This document shows, piece after piece, positions 18,858 to 28,900 of a DNA stretch of 64,000 nucleotides. The stretch lies in the sequence record MW845758.1; one strand, written 5' to 3'. Numbering within the stretch: the first letter of the stretch is position 1; each line of letters starts with the position of its first letter. A model generated the notes under the pieces. It saw nothing but the letters and a program-made list of their open reading frames with translations. It was not told the origin of the DNA and ran no database searches. The position numbers were made by a program, and so were the translations under genes.

Positions 18858-19864
18858 TGCGTCAATATCTGAATCTGTTGGAAACTGTACTGGCCTACGG
18901 TCGTGAAAAGAAAGACCGTACCGGTACTGGCACGGTTTCAATGTTCGGTGGTCAGATGCGCTTTGACCTGACCGAAGGTTTCCCACTGGTGACCACGAAG
19001 AAGGTTCACCTGCGTTCGATTATCCATGAGCTGTTGTGGTTCCTCAAAGGGGACACCAACATCCAGTACCTAAAAGACAACAACGTCACTATCTGGGACG
19101 AATGGGCAGATAAGGACGGCGATCTCGGACCAGTGTATGGTAAGCAGTGGCGGAGCTGGACGGCTCACACGGACATGCCGGTCTTTAACCGCAAGGCGTG
19201 CGATGAGTTAGAAGCAGAAGGCTGGGAAGAAGCCGGCGCGCGTGATTCGAATATCCTGTACACCAAAACGATTGACCAGATTTCCAAAGTCATCGACCAG
19301 TTGAAGAACGACCCGGATAACCGTCGTATCATTGTCAGTGCGTGGAACGTCAGTGAGTTGGATGAGATGGCCTTAGCACCATGCCATGCGTTCTTCCAGT
19401 TCTACACGCGTGAGCTGACGCTGCACGAGCGTGCGCTTGCCGCGGACATCAACGAAACCGAAGCGTATTTCCTGAACCTCAACGAGAAGCATCGGGAACA
19501 ATACCATGAAGAGCTCGATCATTTAGATACACCTCGTCGTAGTCTGAGCTGTCAGTTGTATCAGCGCAGCGCAGATTGCTTCCTCGGTGTTCCGTTCAAT
19601 ATCGCCTCGTATGCCCTGTTAACTGAAATGGTGGCACAACAGGTGAACATGGTGGCGGAAGAGTTCATCTGGACTGGCGGTGATGTTCACATTTACTCCA
19701 ACCACATGGAGCAGGTGAACGAACAGCTGACGCGTGACCCACATCCGCTTCCGAAACTGAAAATCAAACGCAAACCTGATTCTATCTTCGACTACCAGTT
19801 CGAAGACTTTGAAGTTGAAGGTTACGTTTCCCATCCTGCGATCAAAGCGCCGGTTGCTATCTAG
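18857..19864 (+). CDS. thyA: Thymidylate synthase
   Basis: [44 protein letters not shown] and [18 protein letters not shown]. Confidence 0.97.
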   Translation: MRQYLNLLETVLAYGREKKDRTGTGTVSMFGGQMRFDLTEGFPLVTTKKVHLRSIIHELLWFLKGDTNIQYLKDNNVTIWDEWADKDGDLGPVYGKQWRSWTAHTDMPVFNRKACDELEAEGWEEAGARDSNILYTKTIDQISKVIDQLKNDPDNRRIIVSAWNVSELDEMALAPCHAFFQFYTRELTLHERALAADINETEAYFLNLNEKHREQYHEELDHLDTPRRSLSCQLYQRSADCFLGVPFNIASYALLTEMVAQQVNMVAEEFIWTGGDVHIYSNHMEQVNEQLTRDPHPLPKLKIKRKPDSIFDYQFEDFEVEGYVSHPAIKAPVAI

Positions 19865-19872
19865 GAGTTGCC

Positions 19873-20268
19873 ATGGGCACATCCGTTTACTTACATTCAT
19901 ACCCCAAGACCTCAGTTAGTGCTAAAGTCCAAAAGGCGTGGGACAACAACAAACCCATCAGTCACCTCGACTACGTGTACGAAGAGGTTGAGGGGCGTGC
20001 AGATAAACTCGAGTGGTCTGCGAAGTACGGCTTCTGTTTAGAAGCGGTGAACTTACTGACGCCGAAAGATGCCAATGGTGCTCACGACGGTGACCAAGAG
20101 TTCTCGATAACCAAAGAGCAACTCATCGCGTTTAAAGCAAACATTGAACAGCTTGACGTGGGTGGTACTCTGGACGAACGTTGGACGAAACTATCGCTGG
20201 CTAATTTACAGACGCTTATCGATACTTTTGATTTCGATGCCAAGTATCTCACTTTATTCACGGACTAA
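19873..20268 (+). CDS. Hypothetical protein
   Basis: 131-aa ORF with AGGAG RBS. Confidence 0.8.
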   Translation: MGTSVYLHSYPKTSVSAKVQKAWDNNKPISHLDYVYEEVEGRADKLEWSAKYGFCLEAVNLLTPKDANGAHDGDQEFSITKEQLIAFKANIEQLDVGGTLDERWTKLSLANLQTLIDTFDFDAKYLTLFTD

Positions 20269-20273
20269 AATCT

Positions 20274-20747
20274 ATGGCTGATAACGTTGTTCGTCTCCCG
20301 GTCGGGAAACCGAAAGGGATGCCTGAACTGCCTGACATTCCGGTGATGTCATTTACCGGTAAGGATGGGTCGGTGCAGGATGTGGAGTTAACCCACTCGG
20401 AATACGTGTGGTATCTCCTCGTGTTCTCTAAACTCGCCGAGTACCGTAATGCGATTCGTTGGTTCGTGGTCAGTAATCCAGAAGCGTTGAAACTCAATGT
20501 TCGACGTTCAATGGAAATGCGTATTCCGCGTGCCCACTTCGAAGCGTTCACGGCGTCGTTTGATTTCACGTACGTCTCTTCTCTTGCCAGCGCGATGACC
20601 GAAGCTGATTTCAATCGTATCTTTACGATGGAGCACTGCACGATTATCGATGAGGTGCAATTAGAGAAAACGTTGTTGCCTTATGCTATCTACCTGCTGC
20701 CTACAGCGGACACGTCAGAGTTTGAACTGGTGTTCGCTGAACTCTGA
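20274..20747 (+). CDS. Hypothetical protein
   Basis: 157-aa ORF, operon packing. Confidence 0.75.
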   Translation: MADNVVRLPVGKPKGMPELPDIPVMSFTGKDGSVQDVELTHSEYVWYLLVFSKLAEYRNAIRWFVVSNPEALKLNVRRSMEMRIPRAHFEAFTASFDFTYVSSLASAMTEADFNRIFTMEHCTIIDEVQLEKTLLPYAIYLLPTADTSEFELVFAEL

Positions 20748-20777
20748 TTATGCACAGCGCATAAACGGAGAACAGTC

Positions 20778-21104
20778 GTGGGAAAAGAACTGAAGGTAGC
20801 CCAACCAATTGACGTGGGTGATGTAACGGTCTCGCCTTTTGCGAGTGTAGGTATCGGCGATGCCCCTGTCGGGAAAACGGGTTTACAGCTCGACTACGAC
20901 GGGGGTGCTATTGATCCCTATGCAGAAGTTTCAGAAGTGGCGAAGTTAAAGGATGGGGCTATCAACCTCTCAACACACGTTGAGGTGGGGGCACACGTTC
21001 ACGTATCTGATACCGTGGAAATCTCTGCTGCTGTTACACAAGACGACCCGCAACACGGCGATACCGTACGCGGTGTTTCTGTCGGTGTGAAGTGGACGTT
21101 CTAA
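20778..21104 (+). CDS. Small beta-barrel-like protein with C-terminal aromatic (BAM-type) signal and no signal peptide
   Basis: GTG start after GGAG; alternating amphipathic strands; ends VSVGVKWTF. Confidence 0.6.
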   Translation: MGKELKVAQPIDVGDVTVSPFASVGIGDAPVGKTGLQLDYDGGAIDPYAEVSEVAKLKDGAINLSTHVEVGAHVHVSDTVEISAAVTQDDPQHGDTVRGVSVGVKWTF

Positions 21105-21107
21105 CTA

Positions 21108-21131
21108 TTTACGTAATCGGTTTGTTTTATG
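21108..21131 (+). promoter_or_regulatory. Putative middle promoter TTTAC-N15-TATG
   Basis: TTTACGTA-N12-TATG, the same layout as at 8483-8506. Confidence 0.6.
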
Positions 21132-21164
21132 TTAAAGCAAACCCCTGAATAAAAGGAAGCAAAG

Positions 21165-21356
21165 ATGTCTCAGAAAGAAAGCTCACTGCAAAGCACCATC
21201 GACCAGCACGACCAGATGGTTGCCGACAACGCGGCAGACAGTTTTGACTTGCCGGGTCTGGATGAAGCAGAAGCACGTGTAGCTGAAAAGCGTGTGTCAG
21301 AAGAAAGTCAGGCCGACCTGTCTGATGAAGCTGACTGCGAAGGCTGCAAGATCTAA
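21165..21356 (+). CDS. Small acidic protein ending in CxxCKI (ribonucleotide reductase C-tail-like)
   Basis: AAGGA RBS, own promoter motif and terminator; ends DEADCEGCKI. Confidence 0.75.
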   Translation: MSQKESSLQSTIDQHDQMVADNAADSFDLPGLDEAEARVAEKRVSEESQADLSDEADCEGCKI

Positions 21357-21363
21357 GCAGTGT

Positions 21364-21396
21364 CTGTCCCGCTGTGTGCGGGACAGTTTTTCTTTT
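21364..21396 (+). terminator. Intrinsic terminator
   Basis: CTGTCCCGC-TGTGT-GCGGGACAG followed by TTTTTCTTTT. Confidence 0.85.
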
Positions 21397-21426
21397 ACTC
21401 TTAATTATCGTAAGGATTGATTTAAA

Positions 21427-22761
21427 ATGGGCGAACAATTTATTCTGCAAGTGCCGTACGTAGCGCTGATGAACCCTGACCAGTACCTGCTGGAAGTAAA
21501 CGACCAGCTGCGTGACCTGGCCGAGAAAGGTAAAGCGAACATTTTGTTCCGTGCTATCTCTTCTCTCGACCGTAACATCGAAACCGGCAAATGGTATATC
21601 GAAGGTTTGCTGAGTGCAGTGGCGGGTGAAGCCGAAGACATTGATATCTACGATTGTGAACTCGATTTACCACAGTTGGATATCCTGCTGGCCGGTCCGC
21701 TGAACGATGATAAGAAAAACATCGTTGAGCATCCACGCTATGTTAAACTGCTGCAAATCCCTGAATTGATTACGAATATCAAAGGCTGGTCTACCGCCCG
21801 TGGTATTCTGGAAAACGGCCTGTGGTATTCACAAGCGACCAAAATGTACGAAGAAGACGGTGAAGTTGCGCCGGGTGTGGCCAAGAACAAACGCAATCTG
21901 ATTATCGATGGTGTCGGTGATATGATCGTGGTGATGGTCAACCTGCTGGAGCTGTCTAGCTTTAATGCAGTAGCCATCACTGAAATGGTTGCCCGCATGG
22001 GCAAAGAAAGCACCCCGGCGGGGAACGCGCATTATCTGTACCACAAACTACGCATGTCCAATACGCTAGCGGTGGACTACCTGTGGGAAGTGGCGGGTAT
22101 TGACTCCCCGAAACAAATCACTCGCGAAATGTTTGATGAGGATCAAATCAAGTGCGTGGTTGGTCACTTAACCGAGTGCATCTATTACGCTATTGCTTTA
22201 GCTAATGCGTACGAATTCACGTTGGAACAGGCGCTGTCTCTGGCGTGGGATGAAATCAAAGACCGCACCGGTTTCCTGAACGCTGACGGTGTGTTTGTGA
22301 AGGAGTCTGATATGACTGAAAACGATCGTATCCAACGCGCCCTGAAAGAAACCGAAAAAGCCGGTGACTTTGATGGCGACACCGGTCCGACTATCAAAGT
22401 TGAACTGTCAGTAGCTGAACAGCTGAAAGACTACGACGGTGATGTCCAGTCTGGTGGTGTCCCTACGAAAACAGTAGAAGTTTCTTACTTCCCGGTTGAC
22501 TTGGCTATCGATCAGGTCAACTTCGCTATCGATGCCTGTGCACAACACGCTAACGTGCAGCCGGGTGAAGTGACGCTGGTACGCGCTGGCCTGTATTACG
22601 GCGGGGCAACGCAGCACACCAAGCCACACGTCCTGTTCGAATTCTTAGCGCGTGGCGCTGAGAGCAGCGTGGTGTATTCTGGTTACGGTGATGAATACTT
22701 CAAACTCACCGAAGATGCGGCGAGCTATCAGGTATTGGAACGTCAGGTCGCTACGCACTAA
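21427..22761 (+). CDS. MazG-like NTP pyrophosphohydrolase domain protein (multi-domain)
   Basis: WSTARGI..Q.TKMYEEDGEV..IIDGVGDMIVVMVNL and ALSLAWDEIKDRTG..GVFVKESD. Confidence 0.75.
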   Translation: MGEQFILQVPYVALMNPDQYLLEVNDQLRDLAEKGKANILFRAISSLDRNIETGKWYIEGLLSAVAGEAEDIDIYDCELDLPQLDILLAGPLNDDKKNIVEHPRYVKLLQIPELITNIKGWSTARGILENGLWYSQATKMYEEDGEVAPGVAKNKRNLIIDGVGDMIVVMVNLLELSSFNAVAITEMVARMGKESTPAGNAHYLYHKLRMSNTLAVDYLWEVAGIDSPKQITREMFDEDQIKCVVGHLTECIYYAIALANAYEFTLEQALSLAWDEIKDRTGFLNADGVFVKESDMTENDRIQRALKETEKAGDFDGDTGPTIKVELSVAEQLKDYDGDVQSGGVPTKTVEVSYFPVDLAIDQVNFAIDACAQHANVQPGEVTLVRAGLYYGGATQHTKPHVLFEFLARGAESSVVYSGYGDEYFKLTEDAASYQVLERQVATH

Positions 22762-22769
22762 GGGGTGCT

Positions 22770-23267
22770 ATGAACCGTATCAAAGTGATTGATGTCATTC
22801 CTGATGAGAATGATATCGAAATCAATGGTAAGGTGATTGGCTCTGTGAATGACCGCCACGCGATGTTGTGGCGGTACTTCTCGAATGCTGAGCACATCTT
22901 TATCATTGAAGATGTGAGTTTATCGTTTGATGAGACGCCGACCGAGCAGATTACCATTCCGCTTGAAGAGTCCATGTTACGTAAACTCATTGCGTGTGCG
23001 GATTACCGTAACGAAGACAACGACCCGAATGCGTTGTGGGATGAAGTTGACCCTTCGTTACCAAAAGAGATTGGTCTGCGTGCAGTGGAAACTGTCCGAC
23101 TGGATTCAATGTGGTTGGATTGCAATACCAAAATCCCTGTATGTACACCTATTCTGATTATCCATCTGGATCGCGATGAAGTGGATATGCCGGTTATTTG
23201 TATCAGCTATCTTATTCTACGCCATCCTACCGAGCGTGACGTAGGAGATAACATTGACCGAACTTAA
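22770..23267 (+). CDS. Hypothetical protein
   Basis: 165-aa ORF with AGGGG RBS. Confidence 0.75.
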   Translation: MNRIKVIDVIPDENDIEINGKVIGSVNDRHAMLWRYFSNAEHIFIIEDVSLSFDETPTEQITIPLEESMLRKLIACADYRNEDNDPNALWDEVDPSLPKEIGLRAVETVRLDSMWLDCNTKIPVCTPILIIHLDRDEVDMPVICISYLILRHPTERDVGDNIDRT

Positions 23268-23664
23268 TCGCATCCATCGGGTAAACACGAACAAAGTCCA
23301 CATCAACGATAAGGCAGCACCGGATAACCTCGGTATCGCTGACTGGGTGTGGGACTTGTTCGTGCCTAAGGCACAGAGCGGTTTTGAAATTGTGTTCGTT
23401 GACCAACCGCACGACGTTGGGCCTTGGGCACGTATCGGCAATCCCCGGTTCTTTACTACCGATGCCAAAACGGCAGGCTTCCTGTTACGGGAATGCAAGT
23501 TCCGTGGGCACTGCACCGTCGGTGCAAACGCACTGAAGGTTTCTGAAGAGCTCGGGATGGAAATCCCGTATCTGACCAAACCCGTAGGTGAAGCCGACCA
23601 CAACGCGCTGATTGTGTGGTACAACAACGGCAGTTGGACGCTTGTGATGTGTGACGAGCCGTGA
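23254..23664 (+). CDS. Hypothetical protein
   Basis: TTG start after AGGAG; ends before the terminator. Confidence 0.7.
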   Translation: MTELNRIHRVNTNKVHINDKAAPDNLGIADWVWDLFVPKAQSGFEIVFVDQPHDVGPWARIGNPRFFTTDAKTAGFLLRECKFRGHCTVGANALKVSEELGMEIPYLTKPVGEADHNALIVWYNNGSWTLVMCDEP

Positions 23665-23670
23665 ATAAAT

Positions 23671-23715
23671 AAAAGTAACCCACTCCCGTAAAGGAGTGGG
23701 TACTTCTTTTTTTTT
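23671..23715. terminator. Bidirectional intrinsic terminator with bulged A
   Basis: AAGTA-A-CCCACTCC-CGTAAA-GGAGTGGG-TACTT between convergent genes. Confidence 0.85.
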
Positions 23716-23716
23716 G

Positions 23717-25915
23717 CTATCGGGCAGGGGTGGAGAAGATGTTCGCCAATACACGCACAGGCGGTAAGTCAAACACCGAGTTCACCACAGAGCCTACGGA
23801 GAACGCAGACTTCCACGACTGTTTCCAGTTCAGGGCATTCATAATCGTACGGTCGATACCGTTGGTACGCTGATGGAGCGTCGCCCCACCTAATACCGCC
23901 ATGAATTCCGTAAACTTGTTATCGTCATCCCACACTGACTGATCCGTTACAATCGGCATGTACATCACACGACTCAGGTCACGAATGGTCACGGAGATGT
24001 CACACGACAACGGACACCCATCAACACGCCAACCCATACCACCGGCACCGAAGTTCATTGACACCGATGTCACAATCCCGTTACGGATAGAGTGACGCCC
24101 ACGCGAATACGCTTCCACGTAGAACGGGTGTGTGAACGACTGCTTACCGGTTGCAATAGGACACGCTGCTGCAATCCAAAACGAAAGTGGCACGATTAAG
24201 TCTTGGAACACATCCAAGTCATTACCTGACCAACAACGCAATGGAATGTTGAGCGTGACGTCATCCCCATCGGTTGACGAACTGTCCCACACTTCTGGGA
24301 AATCAATCACCGAAGAGTTATACAGCGACATAATCCCCGAGAGATGCAGGAAGTCTAACGCGCCGGTGAAGGCCGATTTCAATCCGGTGATTAAACCGTC
24401 CACGGCATCAAAGCCAGTCTTACCGCCGGAGAGGTTAACTTCCAGACTACGGGCTTTTTGGGTGGCGGAGTTAACCGTGCCGGAAATCTCTGGCTCTTTG
24501 GTGGAGTTCGAGAAGTTACGGCTGATGGTATCACGTCCGTCAATTTTCCATGACACCCACTGCGAACCGTTTTTGAATTCCGCTTCGGCTTGAGACTCAA
24601 CCGACTGCGCTAACTTGCCAACCTCACCCGCAGCGTCTTTTGCAAAGTCCCCGAACATATCGCCCAAGGTTTGCTTCTGACCGCCATCCATCCAGTTCTG
24701 AATCTGTTCCTGATTCGGCTGGTCGCTCTCTGCACCTTCGGCTTGGTTCGCCATCTGGTTCTGGAGTGCCTGTCGGGCTGTGTCGGTTTGGTTGTCGTAG
24801 TCCTTAACGGTTCCGCCTGCCTCCGATGCTCCGTCGTAGATACCACCCACGTTTTGCAAAATAGCATCTTCTTGGTTGTCCACGTTGGTGAAGCCTGCGT
24901 AGTAACCAGAGGATTTCGCAAAGGCAGCTTCCATTGCAGACAATGAGATTTCCATTGACGCCATGGCTTTGCTGTTCGGGTCGATAGAATTCGAGAACAG
25001 GGCTTCTTTGTAAAACGCCTGCACACGTGAAGCTTGGTCTTCCGGTGACGTTGACTCACGGGCGATTTTATCCAGCGTCTTCGCCTGATAATTCGCGAGT
25101 ATCTGGTAACGGTTGATCATCTTGTAGATGTCAAACTCACCGTTGGCTTTCCAGATATCCGGTAGTGCGGTGTACAAATCTGCTTTGGACTTGTAGTATT
25201 TACTCGCCGGGTCATCCACATCGCCTGACCCTTTCCCGCCAAAGAACCCAAGCAAGTTCGTTGGAACGAGCTTACGGTAAATCAGCTGGGTGTTAACGAT
25301 GTTCTGTACCGCACGCAGGTAAAGGTGCATTGTCGGTTTCACGTAGTAGTAACGCGAAGCCTGTTTGTTCAACGCCGCTTTTAACAGTCGTGGGATAATC
25401 AGAATAGCACCGAAGGCTACCGTACCCAAGGTCGCCCAGATTGCCGCAGCGGTCACCCACGTTCCCAGTGTACGAATCATGCCCGGGTAATCACCCGTAC
25501 GGGCGAGGTACGCCAGATTCGAATCGTACATGTTTGCGAAGAAGGCGGCTACACCGAGGTACTTCGGTTTCCCGAAACGACAGTGGATATAGAAACTGTT
25601 TTGCTCAATCGCTTCAGAGTAGAACGCTCCGTTACGATACGATCCTTGTGATTCTTGGCTATCATGCCACTTACGAAATGTAGACCGGGTCTCATCGTAG
25701 GGCTGCGCGAACACTCCACCGACGGGCGGATCGGCAAACAGGGTAAACCCCGGCGGGGTGTTAATCGCTTGTCCGCCACCGACGGTAGTATCGGCGAAAG
25801 ACATACGTGCGTCGCTGTACACGCGAAGGTTCGTAAAGCGTGTATCGCGTTGGGTTATCGCACCACCGAACAGGGCAGTGACCCAACCGGTGTCGCTGAT
25901 GGTTCTCGCATCCAC
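23717..25915 (-). CDS. Tail/baseplate structural protein with C-terminal tube-initiator-like domain
   Basis: Directly downstream of the tape measure gene. C-terminal FPEVWDSS..GIVTSVSMNFG..DGCPLSCDISVTIRDL resembles T4 gp48/gp54-type domains. Confidence 0.6.
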   Translation of the reverse strand: MDARTISDTGWVTALFGGAITQRDTRFTNLRVYSDARMSFADTTVGGGQAINTPPGFTLFADPPVGGVFAQPYDETRSTFRKWHDSQESQGSYRNGAFYSEAIEQNSFYIHCRFGKPKYLGVAAFFANMYDSNLAYLARTGDYPGMIRTLGTWVTAAAIWATLGTVAFGAILIIPRLLKAALNKQASRYYYVKPTMHLYLRAVQNIVNTQLIYRKLVPTNLLGFFGGKGSGDVDDPASKYYKSKADLYTALPDIWKANGEFDIYKMINRYQILANYQAKTLDKIARESTSPEDQASRVQAFYKEALFSNSIDPNSKAMASMEISLSAMEAAFAKSSGYYAGFTNVDNQEDAILQNVGGIYDGASEAGGTVKDYDNQTDTARQALQNQMANQAEGAESDQPNQEQIQNWMDGGQKQTLGDMFGDFAKDAAGEVGKLAQSVESQAEAEFKNGSQWVSWKIDGRDTISRNFSNSTKEPEISGTVNSATQKARSLEVNLSGGKTGFDAVDGLITGLKSAFTGALDFLHLSGIMSLYNSSVIDFPEVWDSSSTDGDDVTLNIPLRCWSGNDLDVFQDLIVPLSFWIAAACPIATGKQSFTHPFYVEAYSRGRHSIRNGIVTSVSMNFGAGGMGWRVDGCPLSCDISVTIRDLSRVMYMPIVTDQSVWDDDNKFTEFMAVLGGATLHQRTNGIDRTIMNALNWKQSWKSAFSVGSVVNSVFDLPPVRVLANIFSTPAR

Positions 25916-25963
25916 AGTGGACCTCTCTAAAAAGAATGGGGGCAGTTTCCCGCCCCCGTATCA

Positions 25964-28900
25964 CTACGATGCCTTACGGTCCAGACTCAACGTCGAGGCT
26001 GGGGCCGATGAGGATTGCTTACGTTGTGCAGCGCCCGGAGCGGTAGCCGCCGGTGCAGCAGGCGCAGCCGCGAGGCTACCGCCTTTCTGCATGAGGTTAT
26101 ACATCTTCTCGAGGAAGTCACGACTCTCTTTCTCGATACCGATGAGCTCCGCCATGCTCGTCCCGGTAACCGGGTCACTGGCACTTGCTGGCATATCGCC
26201 TGCAGGTTTACGCGGTGTTGCACGCGCAGCAGCTTGGTTCTCATACCCGGCTTTTACTTTCTGAGCATCACTTGGCGACATTCCATCGGCTTCTGCCTGT
26301 GCAGCTGCGTTATCGGCAGCGGTCGAGACATCAGACGGGGAGTTCGCGGTTGAGATACCCGCTGGGTTAGGGGCAGTTACGGATGCTGCCTGTGTAGACG
26401 CATCGTTGGCTGCCTGAGCACCTTTCTGAGCAAGCGCAGTGTCCTTGCGTTGCTCTGCACCATTGGCATCGTTCGCCGCTGGAGCGCCTGCTGCTACGGC
26501 CGGTTCTGAGGCCACTGGTGTTTGACCACCCATGGCTTTCTTCGCCAGCTCTGGGTTTGAGGTTGCAATGTTCGCTACCTGAGAACCCATACGGCCATTC
26601 AACTCTTGCATAACTTCAGCGAAACTGCGGATACGTCCGCCGCTGGTGAACACCGACATGTTGTTCTTAATCACGCCCGCCGAAGCATAACGGATTGAGT
26701 TAGCCGGTGCGCCCGGATTCGCTTTGTACGCACGCATGAACTTCGCAGCATCACCCGCACCTAAGAAGTGGTACAGATAAGCCACGCCCGGAGGGACTTG
26801 ACCACCGTAGTCTTTCTCGGCTTGTTTGATGTTGTTGCGGATGAAGTTCACCCCGAGCAACACGTTTGCATACGGGTCAAGCTGTGTAGAGCCTGCCGGT
26901 ATACCGAACTTGTTCCCGTAGTTCTGCATCTCACCTGCTGCGTTCCCTCTCCCTGACCACGTGGATTTGATGAACTGGAAGAGCCCACCGGCTCCTGAGT
27001 CTTGGTTCCATGCTTTGTAGTTGAACTTCGATTCCGCGTACGCCATGCCAAGCGCCACACCCGGTGGTACGCCGAGCTTCTGCGCCACGTCGACAATCAT
27101 CGCTTTGACGTTTGACACGTTATTGAGCTGTGCTCTCGGGTACTTCTCTGCCAGCTCTTTGTAGTTCCCGTCACCCATGGCCCCTAGCGAGACTTTTGAA
27201 CTACCGGTGGTCATCGCCGCATAGTTCGCAATCCCGCCCGCAGAGGCAATCTCCTGACTACCGTTCCAGCCACCGCCTCCGTTGCTGTATCCATCACTGC
27301 CGTTAATCGCGTCACCGCGAGCACGTTCAGCAGAACCCACACCGTAGGAATTGATGTTCGGGTCATCGTTAGCCGCATTGCCGCCGTAGAGACCTTTACT
27401 CAACTCTTTCTGCTTCCACTGGGCACGACCTTGTTTCTTCTCGTTCTCACGCATCAGATTACGCACTGCCAAATCCGCTTCTTTCGAAAGGACGTGGAGT
27501 GTTTCCAATTCTGCGTTCACCGAGGTTGCCAAGGTGTTGGCATCACCACCGAATGGGTTGATGGCGATATCCCAGATAGACTGACGGATGTCGTTCTTCA
27601 TGGAGTAGGCACGGGAAGTCATTAAGCCGACTTCGTAGAGATAGCCGCCCGAGAGTTTCAAGTCCAGTGGGTTGGACGTTGGTGAGTAACGATACACCCC
27701 GGTCACGTAGGTCATGAACACCGGAAGGAATCGGTTGAAGAACCAGTATTTCAACCGGTCTGCTTTCTCAGAGGTAGAACCCCCCGGTACTAGCGCATCA
27801 ATCGCTTCCTGCCATTTCCCTTTGAATGTGGCATTTTTGACATCGATGTTCGGGTAGACAATCCTCTCCATCAGCAACAGGGATTTCACCTGCGCTGGGT
27901 TCAGAGTGACCAGACCGTACGCTTTCACCCTCAAGGATTGCAGGGCGTCGACATCTTTCTGCTGAATTACCGAGTTGTAGTCCACCTGAATCGTAACCTG
28001 CTCGTTACCGTCTTCCCATCCTTCCTTTTTGATGGTGTTGTCTTGGCGGTCTTTATCCAAGGCAGCCAGACGGTTCACAGACTCTGCCACACCCGAGACT
28101 TTCACACCTTCCGAAGTCGGCGGTGCTAAGTGGTTACGGGCAGCTGCTGGCCCTTCTGCACGGAACTTGATGGATTTCTCCACTTCAGCCTGCACATCCA
28201 GCACGTCATCTGCTTCGAGTAAGTCCGGTGAGGTAAAGGTTACCGTGTCCCAGAGTTTTGAGAAGAAACCTTGACCGACCTTGCGGGGGTCTTCAATCGC
28301 TTTCAAATACTTGGAGTCTTTGGTCAACACGTTTTTGCCGTAGAGCGTTTGCATATCTGCTTTTGAGACCTTGGTGATGTCTCCTAAGTCTTTCAATGCC
28401 ACATCCGTTTCCAAGCCACGAATGGAGGTCATCCATCGCAGGTAGATAGGAATGAATCGCTGGAGCATAAACGCGTGGAAGGAGATGAGTTCAGATTTCT
28501 CTTCTTTGTTCACCCCGAAACCTTCGGCCAGTTTCTCGACGTCCGCAGCAGAGAGTCCACGCAAGGTAGCGTCTCCCCCGTTGTTGTACGAGATATAACC
28601 TTTCAGTTGGTCTTCCAGATACATCGCTTTCGCACCGTCATCTCCGTTCCACTTCTCGTAGTCACGGAAACCGTATTGTGCCAGACGCATCTTATCCAAA
28701 TACTTCGCAGGAACGTTGGTTGCAATCTTGTACGCCGCGTAGCTTACTGCTACCACACCGGCCACAACTGCAATCACTGGCCAACCTACCGCCGTTACCA
28801 CCGCAGAAGCTCCTGCAATCAACGGAGAGGCGATGGCGCGTACAGCCCAAGGCAACGCACGGGTGGCAACTGCCCACGCCCCACGAGCCATTAACTGCGC

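Noticed and set aside
18857-19864. dCMP hydroxymethylase or a DNA hypermodification pathway
   Set aside because: The specificity residue is Asn (dUMP-type) and no glycosyltransferase or other modification genes are recognisable nearby.
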